DNA of 51,870 nt, from positions 1-51,870 of the forward strand of contig CAYZQL010000001.1 in assembly GCA_964480555.1 (NCBI GenBank), given 5' to 3'. Below the pieces are notes generated by a model. That model was not told the origin of the DNA. It saw only the letters and a program-made list of their open reading frames with translations, and ran no database searches. Positions 11,031 to 18,779 of the stretch are shown one piece after another. The first letter of the stretch is position 1. The number at the start of each line of letters is the position of its first letter. A program made the position numbers and the translations under genes. The DNA is from an uncultured Lentisphaeraceae bacterium (GTDB lineage: Bacteria; Verrucomicrobiota; Kiritimatiellia; RFP12; UBA1067).

Positions 11031-12830
11031 TTACTTTTCTGCGGGGTGATCGAACGCGGCAACTTCACACGGCATCCGCCGGGTGAGGATGCCCAACATA
11101 AATCGCACACCGTAGACGATGTGGGTGGCCATCACACCGAGCCAGGTCGTTAGCCAGAGCGCGGGACTGTGCGAGATGGAAGAAAACAAGGTCAAGAGTG
11201 CGTAAAGGGCAATTCCCGAAAAATAGGCAATACGTAGGGGTGGGTATAAACAGGCGAGCACGGCACCAACCGCAAGCCCCAGGACAAATAAAGAGGGTAT
11301 GAGGTAGCTCAGTCGCAGCGACGTTGCGGGGAAGCGCTTTGCAAAGTGGCCTCGGTGCAAGGCGTAACGTCCGATTTGGCGCAAATGCGGCCCAAAAAGT
11401 GGCCGGCGGTGGTGAAAAACCTGTACCCAAGGGTCATAGACGATGCGTTTTTTTTGGCCGATCACGATATCGGCACACAGGATGGTATCCTCGCCGGGCC
11501 AGAAATCGGTGCGGTATCCCTTAATCGCCTTAAGAATATCGGTTCGTGCGAAAAGGTTACAACTCGGGAAATCGTCAACACTCGGGCGCACGCGGTCTCC
11601 GATATAACGATAACGGAAGTTTCCCGAGACAAAGCGGTTGGCATAGACACGCCCACCCGCCTGGCCCATGAAGGGGTCGCCTGGCGGGGTAACTCCCGGT
11701 CCACCGACACCGCCCACATCGGGTAACGTGAAATACTTGACGGCGTGCTCAAGCCAGTTTGCGACCGGATAGGCATCGTCGTCCAGAAAGGCAACAATCT
11801 CGCCCTTTGCGACCCGGATACCTTCGTTACGTTTCTCCGCGGGGCGGGTTTTGCCGGTTGGCAACACATGCAGCTCGAACGGGTAGCTGCCAAGGTCGGC
11901 TGGAGCATCCGGCAGAACGATCACTTCAAAATGGGAGTAGGTCTGGTGCGCAAGGGCACTGAGGCACTCGGCAAGGTAGGGGCTTGGCGCTGGACACGCG
12001 ATAACGACCGAGATGAAAAAAGGTTTTTCCGGAGCAGGCGCCACCTCAACGCTGCGATAATAGCGCAAAATGCGAAGACGGTAAAAAATGGCGAGTGTGT
12101 CGTTCATCACCTGCTTGACGTTCGTCCAGGAAAGGCAGCCGACTTTCTGGCCGAAATGCATTTCGATCGGGGCTTCAGCCACGGTATACCCTTTGGCGTG
12201 GGCGATGGAAAGGATCTCGAGGTCGAAGGCGAAGGCTTTGACCAACATGCGCTCAAATGCCCACCCGAGCGCCTCGCGAGTAAAAAGCTTCATCCCCGTT
12301 TGGGTGTCCGAAACCGGCAGCCCGACCAGCAGCCGAACCAGCGCATAGTAGACGCTGCTGGCGAGACGGCGGTGCCACGGATAATCGATCACCGAATCGG
12401 GATGACGTTTGGAGCCGATGACAATGTCGGCTCGCTTTTCGGCCATGATGTCAAAGAAAGTGGTGATGCTTGCGGGAGAAAGGTCAAGGTCGCCATCGAG
12501 CAGCAGGACATGCGAACCGCGAGAGGAAGCGAACCCTTGTTTTAGCGCGTTTCCTTTTCCGGAGTTGATCTTGACGAAAACCGGACGCACGAGTGAGGGG
12601 TCTTTGGCGGCTGCCCGACGAAGAGCGTCTGCCGTGCCGTCCCGGCTGCCGTCATCGACCGGCAGGATCTCGAACGGTATTTGGCCTCGCAACAAGTCGC
12701 AGACAACTTCGATATTGTGCTCGATCACGGATTCCAGACCGTACGCTGGCATAATCACACTTAGACAGCCCGAATCGCCTAGGCTGCTGCGCGCAGAGCG
12801 CCAAAGATTTTTAGCGTTTTCAGTGGTCAT
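11031..12830 (-). CDS. Two-domain family-2 glycosyltransferase with C-terminal membrane helices
   Basis: 599 aa. Domain 1: VIMPAYGLES...ILPVDDGSRDGT...LLLDGDLD, a polyprenyl-phosphate GT-like tail. Domain 2: ISVVIACPAPSPYL...QTYSHFEVIVLPD...VAFLDDDAYP. The last ~100 aa contain 3-4 hydrophobic helices. It lies 11 nt upstream of the lyase gene. Confidence 0.8.
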   Translation of the reverse strand: MTTENAKNLWRSARSSLGDSGCLSVIMPAYGLESVIEHNIEVVCDLLRGQIPFEILPVDDGSRDGTADALRRAAAKDPSLVRPVFVKINSGKGNALKQGFASSRGSHVLLLDGDLDLSPASITTFFDIMAEKRADIVIGSKRHPDSVIDYPWHRRLASSVYYALVRLLVGLPVSDTQTGMKLFTREALGWAFERMLVKAFAFDLEILSIAHAKGYTVAEAPIEMHFGQKVGCLSWTNVKQVMNDTLAIFYRLRILRYYRSVEVAPAPEKPFFISVVIACPAPSPYLAECLSALAHQTYSHFEVIVLPDAPADLGSYPFELHVLPTGKTRPAEKRNEGIRVAKGEIVAFLDDDAYPVANWLEHAVKYFTLPDVGGVGGPGVTPPGDPFMGQAGGRVYANRFVSGNFRYRYIGDRVRPSVDDFPSCNLFARTDILKAIKGYRTDFWPGEDTILCADIVIGQKKRIVYDPWVQVFHHRRPLFGPHLRQIGRYALHRGHFAKRFPATSLRLSYLIPSLFVLGLAVGAVLACLYPPLRIAYFSGIALYALLTLFSSISHSPALWLTTWLGVMATHIVYGVRFMLGILTRRMPCEVAAFDHPAEK

Positions 12831-12946
12831 TCGTCAGGAGATAAGTAAAATAAGTGCCGTTCATTTTGACAGTGTGCGGGAAAGACGTCTTGGTCTTCGC
12901 ATTCGGGAAGATGATATGCGAGCGATGCGCGTAAACCAATTCAAAA

Positions 12947-14107
12947 ATGAACGGAAACGGATTTCTTTTCGGAAGGGCTGTCCTGATGTCGCGAAACGGA
13001 TACTTAATTTTGCCGGTAAGCCTTTTTCTGGCTTTCGGGACTGGCTGTGAAAAGTCAGGCATCGCCGCAGACGAGAATGCCGAACGCGGATCAGCCCTTT
13101 ACCGTAAGGCTTTTGAGGCTGAGCAGTCGGGGGATCTTAAAGAGGCGATCCGCCTCTACAACCGCGTGTTGATCGAAGAGCCAAAGTCGTTCTCTGCTCA
13201 CTTCCAACTTGCAACGTTGCTTCACGACCATGCCGAGGATTACATCGGCGCCATCTATCATTACAAACAGTATCTGTATCTGCGGCCGGAGGCCGAGAAA
13301 AGCAAACTGGCGCAAGACCGGATCAGAATTGCAGAACAGTTGCTCGCACCGCAAATCTTGCGAAAGGTGGGCGATTCGATCCAAGGACTTTCACAAGCGC
13401 ATCTGTTAAAAGAGAATGAGCGCCTCAACCGTATCATCACAACGCTGGAGGGAGAAAAATCGGTCATTGTGGAAAGCAAAGAGGCTGCAGACAAGGAGCG
13501 GGCGACCTTAAGGGCAGACAATGTACGGTTGCGTGAAATCCTCCAGAAGATGCGCATTCAAGACCCCGTATCGGTTTCTTCAGAACCGCTGTCGCAGCGT
13601 GCCGGGGATGCGGTTAACGCGGCGGAGCTAGAAAAACCGATTGTCAGATCCGACTCAAAGTCGCTGCGCGCTCTGAGGGAAGAGGCGTTGGCAATAGCCA
13701 AAAGCGGCTCTCCGACAACGGGCCGGAAACCGTTGGTTGATGTGCCGTCGACAGAGGCGGTGTTGAAAAAGGTTCAGACGAAACTGGCAGGCGAGCCTGA
13801 AAACCCGACACGTTCCGAAAACCCCGGCACGACAAGCAAGACCGAACAGCCGGAAAGGTCGGATAAACTGGACAAGGCGTCGCTGTCTGCCTTGTCCCTG
13901 TTTGGGAAAGAAGAGAAAAAAGAAAAAGGTGCCAAATCCGGTGGCGAACAAAAGACATATGTTGTTCAGCCTGGGGACACCTTGTTCCGTGTGGCAGAAA
14001 AATTCTACGGGGACGCGACGCATTGGAAGAGAATCCGCGATGCGAACCGCACGCGGATTGATCCGGACGGGAGGATCCGTGCCGGACAGATTATCATTGT
14101 GCCTTAG
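12947..14107 (+). CDS. TPR / coiled-coil / LysM domain protein, probable lipoprotein
   Basis: 386 aa. The start could instead be ATG 12986, which is preceded by GGAAGGG and gives MSRNGYLILPVSLFLAFGTGC. It has a TPR-like segment, a heptad-rich segment and a low-complexity linker. The C-terminal LysM is YVVQPGDTLFRVAEKFYGDATHWKRIRDANR...GQIIIVP. Confidence 0.75.
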   Translation: MNGNGFLFGRAVLMSRNGYLILPVSLFLAFGTGCEKSGIAADENAERGSALYRKAFEAEQSGDLKEAIRLYNRVLIEEPKSFSAHFQLATLLHDHAEDYIGAIYHYKQYLYLRPEAEKSKLAQDRIRIAEQLLAPQILRKVGDSIQGLSQAHLLKENERLNRIITTLEGEKSVIVESKEAADKERATLRADNVRLREILQKMRIQDPVSVSSEPLSQRAGDAVNAAELEKPIVRSDSKSLRALREEALAIAKSGSPTTGRKPLVDVPSTEAVLKKVQTKLAGEPENPTRSENPGTTSKTEQPERSDKLDKASLSALSLFGKEEKKEKGAKSGGEQKTYVVQPGDTLFRVAEKFYGDATHWKRIRDANRTRIDPDGRIRAGQIIIVP

Positions 14108-14126
14108 ACAGGTATAAGAGGGGCGC

Positions 14127-14453
14127 ATGGCTCAAAAAGAATCGAAACACGTTCTGAAGACTGGCACATCGAGTGTCTTCGTCGGAGGCGCAACGGGGCA
14201 TGCGCCTGTTTATTGGCGGTTGGATGTGCGTGAAGACTCGCGCGGCAACAAGCATTTCTTCAGCAAACGCCGCCGTCCGGGTTTAGAGCGTGGCCGTCCA
14301 AAACTTTTCCACTACATCTCGGCGGGCGGAATGCGGCAGTTGCGGCGCACGTCCGTTGATGACATCATAGAAGACCGTCGTCGCTCGTTCCTGATCTTTT
14401 TGTGCCTTGCGTTTGCCGTGTGGGTGTTTTTTTTCTTTCTTCCGAGCGTATGA
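14127..14453 (+). CDS. Small basic protein with a C-terminal transmembrane helix, unknown function
   Basis: 108 aa, lying between the two LysM genes with gaps of 19 and 21 nt. The C-terminus is SFLIFLCLAFAVWVFFFFLPSV. No family recognised. Confidence 0.45.
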   Translation: MAQKESKHVLKTGTSSVFVGGATGHAPVYWRLDVREDSRGNKHFFSKRRRPGLERGRPKLFHYISAGGMRQLRRTSVDDIIEDRRRSFLIFLCLAFAVWVFFFFLPSV

Positions 14454-14474
14454 GAGAAGTGAAGGGAGGGTGAT

Positions 14475-15104
14475 GTGAAGGCAATTAGAACGGTCTTTGT
14501 GGTGGCTTGCGTGTCCGGAGTTGCGGGATGCGCCGGACCGATGTTTGAGGGAACCATCTTCGAAAAGCAGCACCAGCGCGATCCTGCTGTGGCCCGGATC
14601 GTGACCAACACGCAACAGATGAACATGGAGTTCCGTCAACTGACGGAACAGTTGCTCGCACTGAATCGCAATCAGGAGTTGCTCGATGCGCGACTGACAA
14701 GACTGGAAAACCAAGTAACGGCCGCGTCTCAAACTTCGGAGGAACTCGGCGCCTTGCGTCGAGACATGCAACTCGTTCGGACGGAGCGTGAAACGCTGAA
14801 AAAAGAGATCACAGACGATCTTGCGGGGCGCATCGAAAAGATCGCGGCCCGGCAGCAGGCCGACATCAATGCGGTTCGGTCGGCAGCCGTGACATCTTCC
14901 GGACCGGCGCGCGTTGCCAGCGGCAGCAAGACGGTTGCGACCGCTCGTCCGACCTCAGGATATGAACATAAAGTTGAAAGGGGGCAAACGCTCTCCGAAA
15001 TCGCACGGGGTTACGGCAAACGCTTGGACGTGATCATGAAAGCCAACAAGATCACAAATCCATCCTCGATCCGTGTCGGCCAAGTTCTCTTCATTCCCGA
15101 TTGA
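14475..15104 (+). CDS. Lipoprotein with a coiled coil and a C-terminal LysM domain
   Basis: 209 aa. GTG start 4 nt after a GGGAGGG RBS. Lipobox in MKAIRTVFVVACVSGVAGC. A heptad-rich middle section is followed by the LysM HKVERGQTLSEIARGYGKRLDVIMKANKI...GQVLFIPD. Confidence 0.75.
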   Translation: MKAIRTVFVVACVSGVAGCAGPMFEGTIFEKQHQRDPAVARIVTNTQQMNMEFRQLTEQLLALNRNQELLDARLTRLENQVTAASQTSEELGALRRDMQLVRTERETLKKEITDDLAGRIEKIAARQQADINAVRSAAVTSSGPARVASGSKTVATARPTSGYEHKVERGQTLSEIARGYGKRLDVIMKANKITNPSSIRVGQVLFIPD

Positions 15105-15112
15105 GGTACGTT

Positions 15113-16093
15113 ATGCACTTTCCAGATGTTCGACTGCGCCGGTTGCGGCGCACACCCGCTATCCGCCGGCTATTTGACACGCCTGTGCCGCCAGCATCGA
15201 AGTTCGTGTGGCCGGTGTTTGTGGTCGAAGGCGAGAGGCGGTGCGAGCCGATCGCGTCTATGCCCGGACAAAACCGGCTCAGCGTGGACAACCTGCTGAG
15301 GGCACTGGAGCCGGCAGCGGCTCAGGGGATCGGAGGCGTGCTGCTGTTCGGACAGACCGAGGGAGAGAAAGACGCCGGCGGCAGCGGTGCTTATGACGAA
15401 CGTGGTGTTGTTCAGCGCGCTGTTCCAGCGATCAAACGTGCCTTTCCTGAGCTGGTGGTGATGACCGACGTTTGCCTTTGCGCCTATACGACCCATGGTC
15501 ACTGCGGTCCGCTTGACCGACTGGGCGAGGTCGATAATGACGCGTCCGTCGGGCTGTTGGCGCGCGTGGCTGTGTCCCATGCGGCTGCGGGCGCGGATGT
15601 GGTCGCTCCGAGCGCCATGATGGATGGGCAGGTCGCCGCCATCCGTGCGGCGCTCGATGAAAACAATTTTGAGAAAACGCTGCTGATGGCCTACTCGACG
15701 AAGTTTGCATCGTCCATGTACGGCCCGTTCCGTGAAGCCGAGAACTCTGCGCCGTCTGCAGGTGACCGCAAGAGTTACCAAACCTCGTACCGCCACCTGC
15801 GTGCGGCGTTGCGCGAGTCGGACTTCGACGAAGAGGAGGGGGCAGACATCCTGATGGTCAAGCCGGCTCTCTTCTATCTGGACGTGTTGTCAAAGCTGCG
15901 CGAGCGCACAGAACTGCCTTTGGCCGCTTATAATGTGAGTGGAGAGTACAGCATGTTGATTGCTGCCGCAGAGCGAGGCTGGGGGGATTTGGTCGGCATG
16001 GTGCGCGAGTCGCTGGTGGCACTTGACCGTGCGGGTGCCGACCTGATGCTTTCGTATTGGGCGCCACGTTACCGTGAGATTTTTGGCGAATAA
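15113..16093 (+). CDS. hemB: Porphobilinogen synthase (delta-aminolevulinate dehydratase), Zn type
   Basis: The ORF opens at TTG 15101, but ATG 15113 follows a GAGG RBS. Motifs MHFPDVRLRRLRRTPAIRRL, the Cys-rich metal site DVCLCAYTTHGHCG, and MVKPAL. Confidence 0.9.
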   Translation: MHFPDVRLRRLRRTPAIRRLFDTPVPPASKFVWPVFVVEGERRCEPIASMPGQNRLSVDNLLRALEPAAAQGIGGVLLFGQTEGEKDAGGSGAYDERGVVQRAVPAIKRAFPELVVMTDVCLCAYTTHGHCGPLDRLGEVDNDASVGLLARVAVSHAAAGADVVAPSAMMDGQVAAIRAALDENNFEKTLLMAYSTKFASSMYGPFREAENSAPSAGDRKSYQTSYRHLRAALRESDFDEEEGADILMVKPALFYLDVLSKLRERTELPLAAYNVSGEYSMLIAAAERGWGDLVGMVRESLVALDRAGADLMLSYWAPRYREIFGE

Positions 16094-16116
16094 ATCACGC
16101 GAAAATCCGGCTGGAA

Positions 16117-16145
16117 CCGAGGATACGATTGGTGTATCCTCTCGG
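16117..16145 (+). terminator. Hairpin downstream of hemB (possible intrinsic terminator or regulatory stem)
   Basis: GAGGATAC (16119..16126) and GTATCCTC (16134..16141) form a perfect 8-bp stem with a 7-nt loop. The stem can be extended by CC/GG across a 2-nt bulge. The trailing TATCTGGTT is only a weak U-tract. Confidence 0.35.
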
Positions 16146-16246
16146 TATCTGGTTAAAGGGTTTCAGGGTCGGGGATATGACCTGTTGCCCGGATGGGGTT
16201 GAATACGTTTCCGGCTGTGCTGGAAATCCAAAAGATTGGGCTTTTC

Positions 16247-17509
16247 ATGAGCAAAAAAAACATCGAGGCCGTATACAAACTCGGCTGTGAGCGTTATGCG
16301 GAACTGGGCATCGACGTCGAAGCAGCGTTGAAAAAATTGCTGAAAATCCCCATCTCACTGCATTGCTGGCAGGGGGATGACGTGCGCGGTTTCGAAAATC
16401 CTGATGGCGACCTGACTGGGGGTATCCAAGCCACGGGCAACTATCCCGGACGTGCCCGCAGTCCGAAGGAACTGCGTGGAGATATTGAGTTTGTTCTTTC
16501 GATGGTTGGCGGTTCGCACCGCGTGAATGTGCATGCCTGTTACGCGGAGTTCGCGAAAGGCGAGAAAGTTGACCGAGATGAACTGCGGCCTGAGCACATG
16601 GCGAATTGGATCACCTGGGCGAAAAAAAACAAGTTGGGGATGGATTTCAACCCGACACTTTTTTCGCATCCGATGTTCAACGGGTTTTCTCTTGCCAGCC
16701 GTGATAAAAAGATTCGAAATTTCTGGATCAGGCACACGATGGCTACACGGCGCATCGCTGCCGCCATCGGCAAGGCGCTGGGCTCGCCCTGTGTAAACAA
16801 CATCTGGATACCAGACGGCTTCAAGGATATTCCGGCTGACCGCGCGACACCGCGCAAGATTCTTAATGACTCGTTGGATGCGTGTTTCGCAGAGAAACTG
16901 GATTCCAAATACATGCTCGATGCGGTCGAGTCCAAACTTTTTGGAATCGGTGCGGAAAGTTACACTGTGGGCTCTCACGAATTCTATATGGGATATGCCG
17001 TCAAGAACCAGAAAGTGCTGACGCTCGACGCGGGACACTTCCACCCGACGGAGACGATTTCTGACAAGCTGTCATCCTGCCTGTTGTTCGTGCCTGAGAT
17101 TCTCTTGCATGTCAGCCGTGGCGTGCGGTGGGACAGCGATCATGTGGTGATCGTAAACGATGACCTGATCGCTATTGCGCAGGAACTTGTACGCTTGGAC
17201 CAGTTTAAGCGCGTGCATATCGGACTCGATTATTTCGACGCCAGCATCAACCGCATTGTGGCGTGGGTGACAGGCGTTCGTTCCATGCAGAAGGCTTTGT
17301 TATATGCCATGTTGGAGCCGATCATGTTGATGACCGAGGCGGAGAAAAACGACGATTTGGCCGCGCGACTGGCATGGACCGAGACGGCTAAGACGATGCC
17401 ATTCGGTGCGGTCTGGGACAAGTTTTGCTCAGACGAGGACGTGCCGCTTGACACGGAGTGGCTAAAGGAAGTTAAAACTTACGAGGCCAATGTATTGGCG
17501 AGGCGATAG
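16247..17509 (+). CDS. rhaA: L-rhamnose isomerase
   Basis: The ORF opens at 16193, but the likely start is ATG 16247 (MSKKNIEAVYKL). RhaA-like pattern: ISLHCWQGDDVRGFE, NVHACYAE, LDAGHFHPTE, WDSDHVV. Confidence 0.85.
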   Translation: MSKKNIEAVYKLGCERYAELGIDVEAALKKLLKIPISLHCWQGDDVRGFENPDGDLTGGIQATGNYPGRARSPKELRGDIEFVLSMVGGSHRVNVHACYAEFAKGEKVDRDELRPEHMANWITWAKKNKLGMDFNPTLFSHPMFNGFSLASRDKKIRNFWIRHTMATRRIAAAIGKALGSPCVNNIWIPDGFKDIPADRATPRKILNDSLDACFAEKLDSKYMLDAVESKLFGIGAESYTVGSHEFYMGYAVKNQKVLTLDAGHFHPTETISDKLSSCLLFVPEILLHVSRGVRWDSDHVVIVNDDLIAIAQELVRLDQFKRVHIGLDYFDASINRIVAWVTGVRSMQKALLYAMLEPIMLMTEAEKNDDLAARLAWTETAKTMPFGAVWDKFCSDEDVPLDTEWLKEVKTYEANVLARR

Positions 17510-17574
17510 ACGCAACCGCGTTTTCCTCTTTCCTCCAGTTCCCCTGCATAAAGTGCAATCAGAGTAGCGACAGC

Positions 17575-18642
17575 ATGGAAATTCTCAAAACGATCACGGA
17601 ATTGTCTCACGAGTTTGGCACAGCGGATTACGTCAAAGCGGGAGGCGGCAACACGTCTTGCAAGACCTCAGAAACGCTATGGGTAAAGCCGTCTGGAACA
17701 ACGCTGGCGGGACTTGCTCCCTCTACGTTTGTGGCCATGGACCGCGCGGTCTTGTCACAGCTGTATGCTGCCAAGGCGCCTGTCGAACCTGCTGCCCGTG
17801 AAGAACTGGTCAAGAATATGATGGCAGCAGCCGTCCACTCCGAGACGCCGGGGCGTGCATCTGTAGAAGCGCCGCTGCACGATTCGATATCGGCGCGGTA
17901 TGTCGTGCATACACATCCGGTTTCCGTCAACGGGTTGACTTGTTCGGTGGGCGGGCGTGCTGCAGCGATGCGGCTCTTTCCCGACGCATTATGGGTGCCC
18001 TATGTCGATCCTGGCTATACGCTGTGTATGGTGGTTCGGAAAGCGGTTCAAGCCTATAAGGCCAGTCATGGGGTAGAGCCGGCGTTGATGTTTCTCGAGA
18101 GCCATGGTATCTTTGTGGCTGGAAATACGGCGGCGGAAATTCGTTTAACGTATGCGCAGGTTATGGACACGTTAAAGAAGGCCTATGTCACATTGGGCAT
18201 CGCGCTTAAGCCGTGCGTGGGAAGTTCCCCTTCAGATGCGCAACTTGCAGAATGGCGGCAGATTCTGTCTTCCGCGTTGGGTACGGAGGCGGCGGCCGTC
18301 GTGGCTTCCGGCCGCTTTGAGGTGGGATCGGGGCCCATTTCGCCCGACCACATCGTGTATGCCAAATCTTATGCGTTTGAAGGAGTTCTTACGGTTGACA
18401 ACCTGCGTGATTTCGCAGCAGTGCGAGGATATGCGCCGCGCATCATCGTGACCGAAAATGCGGTGCTGGGGGTCGGTGCAAACGAGAAGATCGCCCGATT
18501 GGCGCTCGAATTGGCTTTGGACGGCGCAGGGGTTAAACAGTTTGCGAGAGCCTTCGGTGGCCTACAGTATTTGAGCGACGTGGCGCGCGGGTTCATCGAG
18601 AACTGGGAGGTCGAATCATATCGCGCGAAACAGGCGGGGTAA
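17575..18642 (+). CDS. Class II aldolase/adducin-family protein (rhamnulose-1-phosphate aldolase-like, no dehydrogenase domain)
   Basis: 355 aa. GGGNTSCKTSETLWVKPSGTTL, VVHTHP and LESHGIFVAG resemble the N-terminal aldolase half of bifunctional rhamnulose-1-P aldolase/SDR proteins. It sits next to rhaA. Confidence 0.7.
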   Translation: MEILKTITELSHEFGTADYVKAGGGNTSCKTSETLWVKPSGTTLAGLAPSTFVAMDRAVLSQLYAAKAPVEPAAREELVKNMMAAAVHSETPGRASVEAPLHDSISARYVVHTHPVSVNGLTCSVGGRAAAMRLFPDALWVPYVDPGYTLCMVVRKAVQAYKASHGVEPALMFLESHGIFVAGNTAAEIRLTYAQVMDTLKKAYVTLGIALKPCVGSSPSDAQLAEWRQILSSALGTEAAAVVASGRFEVGSGPISPDHIVYAKSYAFEGVLTVDNLRDFAAVRGYAPRIIVTENAVLGVGANEKIARLALELALDGAGVKQFARAFGGLQYLSDVARGFIENWEVESYRAKQAG

Positions 18643-18729
18643 GATTATTCCGCGACGGGGCAACGGCACGGTTGTCCGTGAGAAACTGAAAAGGCCTTCT
18701 TTCTGGTTCAGAGGGACTCGGGTGTTTCT

Positions 18730-18737
18730 GGGGGGGG
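18730..18737 (+). repeat. Homopolymeric G8 tract 43 nt upstream of the TolC-like gene
   Basis: Read directly: ...gtttctGGGGGGGGagccgag... I noticed no other G/C run of this length while reading the window. Confidence 0.9.
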
Positions 18738-18779
18738 AGCCGAGTCAGGAAATCTAAGACGGCATGGGGGTGTGCATTT

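Noticed and set aside
16193-16246. Upstream alternative starts offered by the ORF track for rhaA (16193), the adaptor gene (20428), the oadA-like gene (24220), aroQ (34844), the FAD oxidoreductase (42765) and rbsD (50324).
   Set aside because: In each case an internal ATG with a better RBS and/or a sensible N-terminus (a signal peptide or the family's usual start) is present. The true starts remain unverified.
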